DNA of 64,000 bases from an uncultured delta proteobacterium (GTDB taxonomy: Bacteria; Myxococcota_A; Polyangia; Polyangiales; B10-G4): positions 789,396-853,395 of the forward strand of contig CAVSGI010000020.1 in assembly GCA_963727445.1 (NCBI GenBank), written 5' to 3'. Every line of letters starts with the position of its first letter. The stretch's first letter is position 1. Both the position numbers and the translations under genes were made by a program. Below the pieces are notes generated by a model that saw only the letters and a list, made by a program, of their open reading frames with translations, searched no databases and had not been told where the DNA came from. Below are positions 23,929 through 32,823 of this stretch, piece after piece.

Positions 23929-26220
23929 TCAACGCACGTCGAGATCCGGCGAGACCGGGCGCACCAACGATTCGGCGCTGACGAGCCATTCCGGCTCGGG
24001 GGCGTCCTCGAGGTCGTAGAAGCCGCCGCAGAAGCAGCGATGAGGGCAGGGGCCGCACTCGGCTTTGTGCACGCGGCGCTCGGCGAGATAGTCCGCGAGG
24101 TTCACCGTCTCGTTGTTCACGAAGATCATGTGGCGGGAGAGCTTGTTCAGATCACCCGTCATGTGCGCTTCGTAGCCGGGCATGAAGCAGAAGGGGAGGT
24201 TGATGACCTCGAGCTTCATGCGGTTCTTCCACGCGTCGATCACGCGCATGGCGATGTCCGCGGCGTGCTGAGTGTCTGGGGCGACCCACTTGGTGGCGCG
24301 GCCGAAGGGCGTGAGGAACTGAATGTTCAGCCATTTCAGACCCAGGTCCCACGCCAGCTGCGCGACCTCGGGGAGCTTTTCGTGATTGCCCTTGGTGATG
24401 GTGATGTTCATCCCGAGCTCCACGCCCTCGGGAGCGAGACGCACGCAGTTTCGAATGCCGTCGACGGTCTGCTCGAAGGCCTCGGCCACTCCCACCTGCT
24501 GCGCGTGGCTCTTCGCGTCGGGTCCGTGGACGCTGAAGAGGAGCGTGGTGAGGCCCGAGGTGACGAGGTCCTTCGCGAACTTCTCGTAGGCGCAGAGCCT
24601 GCCGTTGGTGGTGACGTTCACCCGGTCGTACCCGAGCTTGCGCGCGTAGCGCACCAGGGGGATCAGCTCCGGGTTCAGGGTCGGCTCGCCGCCGTCGAAG
24701 TCGACCATGCGCACGCCGTGCCGCCGGTACTTGGTCAGGTGCTCCCGCTGGCGCGTGGGGTGGCCGTCGATCTGCGTCCGGGTGCCCACCGCGCAGAAGG
24801 TGCAGTGGTTGTTGCAGACGTAGGTCACGTTGACGATCAGCTTCTGGGGGCCGCTCGACGCGGCGAGGCGACCCTGAAAGGTCGACATGAAGCGCTCGAG
24901 GCTGGCCGCGTCGACGGACGCGTCGGGCTGGGAAGGCGCCTTCTGAAAGTGTGGCCCCCAGTCCTCCACGAGAGGGAGCTTCCTGCCCTTGGCGAGCCTC
25001 GTGCCGGGGAGCGGCGTGGCGAACTGCACAGCGGGGAAAGCTCCGAAGCGGTCCCAGAGGTCGAGCGCCATCTCCAGGGTGTCGTTGATCTCCTCGGCGC
25101 TCTCCCCCGGCATGCCGATGATCCAGTGAATCATCAGCGGGACGGTGCTCTTGTGCGCGTTCATCGCGGCGCGCTCGATGGCGCCGAGGTCGAGCTTCTT
25201 GCCGACCACCTCGCTCACCACGCGCTGCGAGCCGCTCTCGGCGCTCACGCTGACGGTGGTCACTCTGCCGAGCATGCGCGCGAAGTGACGGGGCTCCAGA
25301 TAGTCAGCGCGCATCCCGTTCGGGACGTCGAAGCGCACGTCCAGCGCCGCGACGTGCGCGAGGAACGCGTCGAAGTGGCGCTCGCTCACGTTGATCAGCT
25401 CGTCGAGGGCCTCCAGCCGCGTGACGCCGTGCTCCTTCACCATCACGTCGAGGTACGCACGGAGCCGGTCTTCCGAGTAGCGGCGCTGGGTCTTCGGCGC
25501 GCCGGCGGCGAGCCCGGGGTTGCTCGAGCAGTGCGCGCAGCGGAAGGGACATCCGCGCGAGGTCACGAGCGGCAGGGTGCGGCCGTCGATGGGGAAGGCC
25601 CACGCGCCGCGACCCAGGTTTCGCACCACCCGGGCGCGGAAGCGATCGTGCGCCTCGAGATCGACGAGGTCCCAGGCGGGGAAAGCGAGGGCGTCGAGCG
25701 CCGGCGAGGTGCCGGCGTGGACGCCTTCGAGGCGGCCTTCCTCGATGAACGAGGGAACGGTCTCTTCCGCCTCGTACTTCACCCAGCACGCGACCTCGGG
25801 ATACGCGGCGAGGACGGCTTCTCCCGGGGCTTCGACGTAGTGCTGCCCCGACTGGTAGGCGTCGGCGAGGACGATGGGCGCGCCGAGCGCGGCGAGCCCT
25901 TCGAGGAGCTCCGCCAGCACGTCGTCCCGGTGGGGGGGGCGATGAAACGGCGTGTAGGCGCAGACCACGACGTCCGGGCGGGGGGCGGCGTGCGCAGCTG
26001 TCAGGACTTCCCTGATCGGCGCGCCGAGATGCAGTCGTCCATCGTCCCGCCATCGAAGATCGGAGCCGGGGAGCGCGTAGGCGTTCACCAGAGACGCCTC
26101 GTGTCCGCGCGCGCGCAGCACCGCCGCGAGCTGAACGGCACCCAGGTCCGCAAAGTACGGATAGTCGATGAAGTCCTCCGCGATCGACACCGGCGGATGG
26201 ACGATCAGGACCCGAGCCAT
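23929..26220 (-). CDS. Double radical SAM protein: B12-binding-like domain + rSAM + second HxsC-like rSAM
   Basis: MARVLIVHPP N-terminus, TSRGCPFRCAHC, ESGSQ and GMPGES, then CNNHCTFC, DGGEPT, PFC and CGPCPHRCFCGGF. Confidence 0.88.
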   Translation of the reverse strand: MARVLIVHPPVSIAEDFIDYPYFADLGAVQLAAVLRARGHEASLVNAYALPGSDLRWRDDGRLHLGAPIREVLTAAHAAPRPDVVVCAYTPFHRPPHRDDVLAELLEGLAALGAPIVLADAYQSGQHYVEAPGEAVLAAYPEVACWVKYEAEETVPSFIEEGRLEGVHAGTSPALDALAFPAWDLVDLEAHDRFRARVVRNLGRGAWAFPIDGRTLPLVTSRGCPFRCAHCSSNPGLAAGAPKTQRRYSEDRLRAYLDVMVKEHGVTRLEALDELINVSERHFDAFLAHVAALDVRFDVPNGMRADYLEPRHFARMLGRVTTVSVSAESGSQRVVSEVVGKKLDLGAIERAAMNAHKSTVPLMIHWIIGMPGESAEEINDTLEMALDLWDRFGAFPAVQFATPLPGTRLAKGRKLPLVEDWGPHFQKAPSQPDASVDAASLERFMSTFQGRLAASSGPQKLIVNVTYVCNNHCTFCAVGTRTQIDGHPTRQREHLTKYRRHGVRMVDFDGGEPTLNPELIPLVRYARKLGYDRVNVTTNGRLCAYEKFAKDLVTSGLTTLLFSVHGPDAKSHAQQVGVAEAFEQTVDGIRNCVRLAPEGVELGMNITITKGNHEKLPEVAQLAWDLGLKWLNIQFLTPFGRATKWVAPDTQHAADIAMRVIDAWKNRMKLEVINLPFCFMPGYEAHMTGDLNKLSRHMIFVNNETVNLADYLAERRVHKAECGPCPHRCFCGGFYDLEDAPEPEWLVSAESLVRPVSPDLDVR

Positions 26221-26310
26221 CGGGCGATCATAACAGCCGAGAGGTCCCGAGGCCCGCGGGCTCGAGGCGACCCTTGCCAACCGTCGAAGCGGGCGCCAGG
26301 CTCTGCGCCC

Positions 26311-26952
26311 ATGGGGGAGCGAATCTCCGTCTACCAGGGCAAGCACCTGGACATCACTTACGACCGCGGTCGGTGCATTCACGCCTCCGAGTGCGGGCGT
26401 GGCTCGAAGGTGCTCTTCGACGTCTCGAAGGACCCCTGGTGCGATCCCGACCTGGTCACCCCCGACACCGCCGTGCGGGTGGTGCGCCGATGTCCGAGCG
26501 GCGCGCTCACCTACGAGCCGAAAGGAGAGCTCGAAGCGGAGCAGCCCGATGAGCAGAACGCCATCTGGGTCACCCCCCACGGTCCGCTCTACGTCCGGGG
26601 CGACATCAATCTCGAGACCAAGGAAGGCCGGGTGCGGCACACCCGGGTGGCGCTCTGTCGATGCGGGCAGTCGTCGATCAAGCCCTACTGTGACGGCAGC
26701 CACGAGAAGGAGAAGTTCAGGGACTCGGGTCCGGTGAACTCGGATCCAGAGGGCGAGCCCGCCGGCACGGGCACGCTCGAGATCACGCCCGCGGAGCGTG
26801 GCCCCCTTCTCCTCAGAGGCCCTCACACCCTGCACGCCGCGAGCGGGCGGGTGGCTCAGCACGCCGAGAAGAACGCCTTCTGTCGCTGCGGGAACTCGAA
26901 GAACAAGCCGTTCTGCGACGGTTCGCACAAAGAAGCCGGCTTTCAGGGTTGA
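26311..26952 (+). CDS. Divergent ferredoxin (Fer4_19-like) + two CDGSH iron-sulfur domains
   Basis: CIHASEC...CPSGAL; CRCGQSSIKPYCDGSH; CRCGNSKNKPFCDGSH. Confidence 0.93.
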   Translation: MGERISVYQGKHLDITYDRGRCIHASECGRGSKVLFDVSKDPWCDPDLVTPDTAVRVVRRCPSGALTYEPKGELEAEQPDEQNAIWVTPHGPLYVRGDINLETKEGRVRHTRVALCRCGQSSIKPYCDGSHEKEKFRDSGPVNSDPEGEPAGTGTLEITPAERGPLLLRGPHTLHAASGRVAQHAEKNAFCRCGNSKNKPFCDGSHKEAGFQG

Positions 26953-26960
26953 AAGCCGGC
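26935..26960. terminator. Hairpin between convergent genes, probable terminator
   Basis: GCCGGCTTTCA-GGGT-TGAAAGCCGGC, a perfect 11-bp stem spanning the stop codon. Confidence 0.6.
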
Positions 26961-26985
26961 CTCTTCGAGTGAGCGTCGTCGGACG

Positions 26986-27777
26986 TCAGCGCTTGGTCGC
27001 GGTGTAGCCCGTCGTGAACTCGACGGTCGCGCCGACCACCAGCGCCTCGATGGTCCCGTCGTCGGTCGCGTCGCCGGCCCACAGACACGCGCCCGCGTAG
27101 CCGACCTTCACCTGGCCGTTCTCCATGTCGGTCGACTCCCAGCCGGCTTCCATCGGGGTGCCGGTGTTGACCAGGTCGGCGCTCGTGGTGGAGACGCCGA
27201 GGAGCGCGCAGTTGACGCCGTTGGTGGCCACGCCCGCGCCCAACAGGACGTCGTAGTGATCGCCGGCCTCGTTGATCACGCCGAAGTGCTCGGTCGTCTC
27301 CGTGACGAGCTCGCCCATGCAGATGTCTTCGCAGTCGGGGTTCGAGGTGTTCTCACCGCACGTGGTGGGATCGGCGGCGACGGTGTCGCCGTTGCAGGTC
27401 TGCTTCGGCAGGAGCATCCACATGCGGTGCGGGTATTCCGCGCTCCGCTGCTCGAGGGACACGGTGGCCGGCCACACCTCGCTCGGACAGACGATCTCGG
27501 GCCTCGTGCAGTCCAGGTCGAAGCTGATGGGCGTCCCGTCGTGATCGATGTCGATGGTTCCACCCTCGAGGCCGATGGTGTCTTCGTAGACCGCGCCTCC
27601 CAGCGTGATCCGAACCCCGAGGCTGTCATCGTAGGTGACGTCCCAGTCGCCCTGGACGTCGGGCGCGGCCGTCATGGAGAAAGCAGCGCCACCGCAGCCC
27701 CCTCCCTTGGCGCCCATCAACGCAGGGGCGAGGGTGGCGAGGGCGAGAGCGACGAGCAGTGTGCGGCGTGAAGTCAT
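26986..27777 (-). CDS. Hypothetical secreted or lipoprotein, Cys-rich
   Basis: AGGAGG RBS upstream, signal peptide ending in GGGCGG, GC3-rich codons. Confidence 0.75.
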   Translation of the reverse strand: MTSRRTLLVALALATLAPALMGAKGGGCGGAAFSMTAAPDVQGDWDVTYDDSLGVRITLGGAVYEDTIGLEGGTIDIDHDGTPISFDLDCTRPEIVCPSEVWPATVSLEQRSAEYPHRMWMLLPKQTCNGDTVAADPTTCGENTSNPDCEDICMGELVTETTEHFGVINEAGDHYDVLLGAGVATNGVNCALLGVSTTSADLVNTGTPMEAGWESTDMENGQVKVGYAGACLWAGDATDDGTIEALVVGATVEFTTGYTATKR

Positions 27778-27819
27778 GACCGAAGTTCCTCCTGATTCGG
27801 GGTGCGCCACGGGCTTTTC

Positions 27820-27833
27820 GCAAAGGCCATGCC
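27820..27833 (-). promoter_or_regulatory. Sigma54 (-24/-12) promoter
   Basis: Minus strand GGCATGGCCTTTGC (GG-N10-GC), 42 nt before ATG 27777. Confidence 0.6.
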
Positions 27834-27987
27834 GCCAGCCGAAATCCCACGATCCCCGAGATATCTCGTGATCATCGCAGAGCGTCGCCCCGCCGTCATG
27901 CGATCGACGAGTCACAGTGGTGAGACCGCGCCGTCTCAGCAAACGCCTACCCGCACCCACATCGACGCCCTGCTACGATCCGAGACG

Positions 27988-29772
27988 ATGCTGTCGGAAG
28001 AGGCGCGCGAAGAAGGAGTTCAGGAAGGGCGGCACGCCGAGCACGAGGCCGCAGCCCACGACAAACGCAACTGGGTCCGCCTGACCTACGAGTGCAACGA
28101 CCGCTGCATCTTCTGCCTCGACTCCGACACCCACGACGGGGAGATGCGCGACCCCCAGGAGGTGAAGGCGCAGATCCTGGACGGGCGGCGCAAGGGCGCG
28201 ACGCGCCTCATCCTCTCCGGCGGTGAGCCGACCATCCATCCGCGCTACGTCGACTTCATCAAGCTCGGGCGTCTCGCGGGCTATCCGAAGGTCCAGACCG
28301 TCACCAACGGACGGATGTTCCGCTATCCGGACTTCCTGAAGCGCTGCGTGGACGCGGGGCTCGGCGAGATCACCTTTTCGATCCACGGCCCGAACGCGCG
28401 CGTGCACGACGCGCTGGTCGGGGTGAAGGGCGCCTTCGAGGAGGAGGTTCAGGGCCTCAGAAACGCGCTCGACGACGGCCGGGTGATCGTCAACATCGAC
28501 GTCTGCGTCAACCGCGGCAACGTCAAGGTGCTGCCGGAGATCATCGAGACCTTCGTCGCGATGGGCGTGCGCGAATACGACCTCTTGCACGTGATCCCCT
28601 TCGGGCGCGCATGGCGCGAGGGGCAGCACACCCTCTTCTACGACCTCGAAGAGGCGGCGCCCCATCTTTCGAAGGCGTTCTCGTGGAGCCGCGAGCCGGA
28701 CATGCACATCTGGCTGAACCGCTTCCCGCCGGAGCACTGCGAGGGCTTCGAGGACCTGATTCAGGACCCCTACAAGCTCAACGACGAGGTGCGCGGCCGC
28801 AAGGAGGAGTACGAGCGGCTGCTCTCGAAGGGTGAGCCGCTCGACTGCCGCGCGCCGGAGCGCTGCCGCTACTGCTACCTGTCGCGGCTCTGCGACACCC
28901 TCGACGACGTGCGGGAGACGGTGCACGAAGAGCGCTTCGAAGCGGTGCGCGTCGACGCCGGATGGGAGGCGAAGCAGGGGCCGATCTACGGCGGCGACCC
29001 CGCGAGCGCGCGGCGGGCCAAGCAGGAAGCGGCGGAAGGCGCCGAGGCGGCGGACGACCGCGTGCGCCTGCCCCTGATGAAGCAGGCCGCTCCGCTGCCC
29101 ATCGTCTCCGCTCCGGAGCGTGCGCGCAGCGCGGGTGCACGCACGCTGGTGGTGGTGGCGACGGATGTCGCCGAGGCGCTGGCAGCGGCCGAGCCTTACG
29201 ACGCCGTTGAAGAGCTCGCCATCGAGCTCGACGACTACGAAGGTCTCGGCGAGAGGCTCGGGCGCTTTCAGGTCGTGCAGGCGGTGGCCAAGGACGTCGC
29301 CCAAGCCGAGGCGCTCCTGTCGATCGACGCGCCCTTCGAGGTGGTGGTTCTGCTGACCCGCGAGACCGCAGCGTGGCTGCTTCAGGGGCCGGTGCCTCTG
29401 CGGATCGTCGTGCGCCAGCCGACCTACGAGCGGCTCACCGAGGCGGCGTCGAAGGACGTGGACCTCCCCGCTTTCTTCGCCGCGCTCGACCGGGAGGTGC
29501 CGGTCGAGGGCGTGCCAGCCTGCATCGCCGGACGCACGCCCCGTCCCCAAAGACGCACCCTCGACACCGCCATGTTGCGGCCTGATGGGCGTCTTGAAAT
29601 CTTTCGCTACGCCAAGCGCTTCATCGTGGACCGCTACTTCGTCCAGTCCCTGCGCTGCAAGGAGTGCATTCACCAGGCGGATTGCCCCGGTCTTCACGTG
29701 AACCAGGTCCGGGCGCACGGCTTGGGGTGGATCACGCCGGTGAAGGACCCTTCGGAGGCGGCGGCGGAGTAG
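27988..29772 (+). CDS. HxsC-like radical SAM protein with long C-terminal extension
   Basis: CNDRCIFC, SGGEPT, VTNG, internal CRYCYLSRLC and terminal CKECIHQADCPG. The start could instead be 27898. Confidence 0.88.
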   Translation: MLSEEAREEGVQEGRHAEHEAAAHDKRNWVRLTYECNDRCIFCLDSDTHDGEMRDPQEVKAQILDGRRKGATRLILSGGEPTIHPRYVDFIKLGRLAGYPKVQTVTNGRMFRYPDFLKRCVDAGLGEITFSIHGPNARVHDALVGVKGAFEEEVQGLRNALDDGRVIVNIDVCVNRGNVKVLPEIIETFVAMGVREYDLLHVIPFGRAWREGQHTLFYDLEEAAPHLSKAFSWSREPDMHIWLNRFPPEHCEGFEDLIQDPYKLNDEVRGRKEEYERLLSKGEPLDCRAPERCRYCYLSRLCDTLDDVRETVHEERFEAVRVDAGWEAKQGPIYGGDPASARRAKQEAAEGAEAADDRVRLPLMKQAAPLPIVSAPERARSAGARTLVVVATDVAEALAAAEPYDAVEELAIELDDYEGLGERLGRFQVVQAVAKDVAQAEALLSIDAPFEVVVLLTRETAAWLLQGPVPLRIVVRQPTYERLTEAASKDVDLPAFFAALDREVPVEGVPACIAGRTPRPQRRTLDTAMLRPDGRLEIFRYAKRFIVDRYFVQSLRCKECIHQADCPGLHVNQVRAHGLGWITPVKDPSEAAAE

Positions 29773-29871
29773 CGCGCGGACGCCCGTTTGGCTTTTGCCT
29801 TCCGGCGAGAGCCGAGGCAATGTGTGCGGCGTGGTCGGCCTTGGGGATGGGGTCGACGGGCAGGGAGCTTC

Positions 29872-31632
29872 ATGAACGAACGAGTCGCCGTCGCCACCGT
29901 CGCCATCCTCGTCCTCTCTGCCTGCGGCTCCAAGACCGCGCTCAGCACCGACCCGCCCCGCGACTCCGGCGTGACGGACGGTTTCGTGGTCGACTCGGAC
30001 GTTCCCGACACGACCATGCCCGGCCTCGCGGTCGAGTGCCCGCGAATGGACCAGTACACCACCGTCCGCCTGGGCATCGATCTGGCGGCCACGGTGAATT
30101 CGACCAGCCCGGTCGTCTCGAGCGGCTGGACGCTGACGAGCGCGCCGACCGGCTCGATGTCGATGAACGCGCCCGTGATGGGCGAGCGCACCAGCCTCGT
30201 CCCCGACATGGTGGGCGAATACGCGCTGTCGTTTTCGGCGACGAACGAAGAGGGGCTCAGCGGGAGCTGCGACGTGTTCGTCCATTCGGTGGTGGGCCCG
30301 CCGGTCGCCATCTGTCCCGAGGGGATGCTGACCACCGGCGCGGGCGAGCCCCTCGAGCTGATGGGCGACGCCTTCGACGACGTGGGCGTGATCGACCAGT
30401 GGTGGGATGTGGTGAGCGGGCCTGGGATGGCCTCGATCGATCCCTACAATTCCCTCGACGCGACCTTCATCGCGGACGTCCCCGGCGATTACGTCGTCAG
30501 CCTCACGGTGTTGGACGGCGACATGGCCATGGACACCTGCTCCTTCCCGATCCGGGTCACGGCGCCGCCGATGGTCTTCTGTCCCATGTCCCCCATCATG
30601 GCGCCGACACGTCAATCCGTGACCATCACCGCGCGGGCCGATGACGAGACGGGGATCGATCACGTCAGCTGGGAGCTCATGTCGCGCCCCGATGGGAGCA
30701 GCGCCCGGCTTCGGCCCACGGATGCGCCGTCGACGCGCATGACCCCCGACCGCCAGGGAAGCTACCTCCTGGTCTTCACCGCCTTCGATACGGATGGGCT
30801 GAGCGCGTCATGCGAGGTCGAAGTGATCGGCACGCCGACGCCGCCCGAGTGCTCGGACACCACCGTCGACACCCATCCGCTCACCGAGACCGAGGTCACC
30901 GGGATGGGCGTCGACGACGGGAGCATCGTCGGCTGGCGGTGGCGCCTGGTGGGCACGCCCGACGGCTCGGCGGTCAGAGAGCCCTCTCCGCGGGACGCCA
31001 TGACCACGCGCTTCACCCCGGACATCGCCGGCGAGTATCGCCTCGAGCTCACGGTCACCGACGACGACGGCGAGAGCGGCACCTGTGTCTACCTGGTCCG
31101 CGCCATCGCCTCCGAGGGCCTGAGGATCGAGATGAACTGGGAGACCGACGGCACCGACATGGATACGCACCTGCTCCGGCCGCTCCCCGAGGGGATGTTC
31201 TGGTTCCAGGAGGCGGACTGTCACTGGCAGAACTGCAACGAGATGAGCGGCGACGTCCTCGAGTGGGGCGCCCCGGGCCCGGACGACAACCCGCGCCTCG
31301 ACCTCGACGACACCGACGGCCTCGGGCCCGAGAACATCAACATCGACGTGCCCCAGCCCGGCGTCTATCGCGTGGGCGTGCACGCGTGGGGCGGCGTGGG
31401 CCGCGGCGTGCGTGTGCGCATCTACTGTGGCGGCTCGACCACCATGCCGCGCCAGACATTCGGGCCGGTCACCATCAGTGAGCGCCGCGGCATGCCCTTC
31501 GAGGCCAACGACTTCTGGCGCGTCGCTGACGTCGAGATCACCGCCGCCGGGACCTGCCGCATCACCGAGCTGCTCAACGCCTCCGGCGATCCGGACATCG
31601 TGCGATCGAGCGTCGTGGCGAGCTCGCGCTGA
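29872..31632 (+). CDS. Lipoprotein with tandem PKD/REJ-like Ig repeats and C-terminal YfaP-like domain
   Basis: Lipobox LSAC, repeated W-x-L...P-x-GS...F-x-PD-x-x-G-x-Y units, DMDTHL and GLGPENINI. Confidence 0.8.
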   Translation: MNERVAVATVAILVLSACGSKTALSTDPPRDSGVTDGFVVDSDVPDTTMPGLAVECPRMDQYTTVRLGIDLAATVNSTSPVVSSGWTLTSAPTGSMSMNAPVMGERTSLVPDMVGEYALSFSATNEEGLSGSCDVFVHSVVGPPVAICPEGMLTTGAGEPLELMGDAFDDVGVIDQWWDVVSGPGMASIDPYNSLDATFIADVPGDYVVSLTVLDGDMAMDTCSFPIRVTAPPMVFCPMSPIMAPTRQSVTITARADDETGIDHVSWELMSRPDGSSARLRPTDAPSTRMTPDRQGSYLLVFTAFDTDGLSASCEVEVIGTPTPPECSDTTVDTHPLTETEVTGMGVDDGSIVGWRWRLVGTPDGSAVREPSPRDAMTTRFTPDIAGEYRLELTVTDDDGESGTCVYLVRAIASEGLRIEMNWETDGTDMDTHLLRPLPEGMFWFQEADCHWQNCNEMSGDVLEWGAPGPDDNPRLDLDDTDGLGPENINIDVPQPGVYRVGVHAWGGVGRGVRVRIYCGGSTTMPRQTFGPVTISERRGMPFEANDFWRVADVEITAAGTCRITELLNASGDPDIVRSSVVASSR

Positions 31633-31644
31633 GCGCGCCTGCGA

Positions 31645-32715
31645 TCACATCGTGTCGTAGTAGCCGTTGCTGATCTCGATCACGTACGGCTCGCAGGCGA
31701 GCGGCGCGGCAGGATCGCGCTTCACGCGGACGAAGTAGTCGGCCGTGTCATCCTCGCAACCCGAGACGTTGTCCGGTCGCGAGGCGAACGAGGCGTTGGT
31801 ACAGGGACACTGCCCGGTGAGCCTCCCCATGATCGCTTGGCGCGTGTCCGTCGCCCAGGTGTACTCCTGATAGCCCATGGTTTCGTCGCACTCGGTGCCG
31901 TCGCATGCGCCGCGGAACACGTTGATGAAGTAAGCAGCGCCAGGGTTGGCGTTGATCTGAACGCGGACGTGGAGGTTGTCGCAGCTCGTGTCCGGTGTGT
32001 CGATGCCGCGAAAGCGATACCAGACCTCGCGACCTTCCGGCAGCAGGTTCCCCATGACGGTCATCATGTCCCCGGCGTCCGAGAAGTCGCCCAGATCGAT
32101 CGGCGCCATGCAGGCGTCGCCCATGCCGATGTCCGGCGTGGCCGCGCATTCGCAGCCGTTCAGCGGATCGCCGTCGATGTCGAAGACACCGTCCGGGCAT
32201 CCGCAGACGCCGTCGATGCAGATGCCGCCCGCCGGATCCATGGCGCACATCAGGCCCGGGTCGCCATCGTCGGCCGTACCGCTGCAGTTGTCGTCGATGA
32301 GATTGCAGATCTCGTCCGCGCCAGGGTTGATGTCGGGATTGGTCTCGTCGCAGTCCTCGGCGGCCACGAAGCCGTCGCCGTCGACGTCGCGGGTGGCGGG
32401 GATGCAGAAGCGGTGCAGACAGATGCGACCCTCGGCGCACTCGCTGTCGGCGACGCAGGACGGATAGTCCGTGCATGCGCCGGAGATGCACTCCTGGAAG
32501 GCGGTGCACATCACCCCGCCGCACATGTCCCCCGGCAGCATGGTGTCGGGAGCATCGACCCCGCTGTCCCTCGGACCGGAGTCGACGCCGCCGTCCGAGC
32601 TGCTGTCGACGACGATGGCGTCGCCGCCGCCGCCGTCGCCGCCGCCGCTGCCCTGGGCGCACGCGGCAGCGAGCGGGACGAGCAAGGCGAGCAAGGAAGG
32701 GAACAGCCGACTCAT
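31645..32715 (-). CDS. Cys-rich lipoprotein with a MopE-like putative metal-binding motif
   Basis: Lipobox AAAC; DVDGDGF...DCDETNPDINPGADEICNLIDDNC. Confidence 0.82.
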   Translation of the reverse strand: MSRLFPSLLALLVPLAAACAQGSGGGDGGGGDAIVVDSSSDGGVDSGPRDSGVDAPDTMLPGDMCGGVMCTAFQECISGACTDYPSCVADSECAEGRICLHRFCIPATRDVDGDGFVAAEDCDETNPDINPGADEICNLIDDNCSGTADDGDPGLMCAMDPAGGICIDGVCGCPDGVFDIDGDPLNGCECAATPDIGMGDACMAPIDLGDFSDAGDMMTVMGNLLPEGREVWYRFRGIDTPDTSCDNLHVRVQINANPGAAYFINVFRGACDGTECDETMGYQEYTWATDTRQAIMGRLTGQCPCTNASFASRPDNVSGCEDDTADYFVRVKRDPAAPLACEPYVIEISNGYYDTM

Positions 32716-32823
32716 CCGTGTCAGCTTATCCCGAAAGCCCTCGGTCCACCATCGAGTGGCACGAATCCGGGACCGCCCGCCCTTGGTGTTGTAAGAGCGG
32801 GGCGCGGCGAGTATCCCCGGGGC

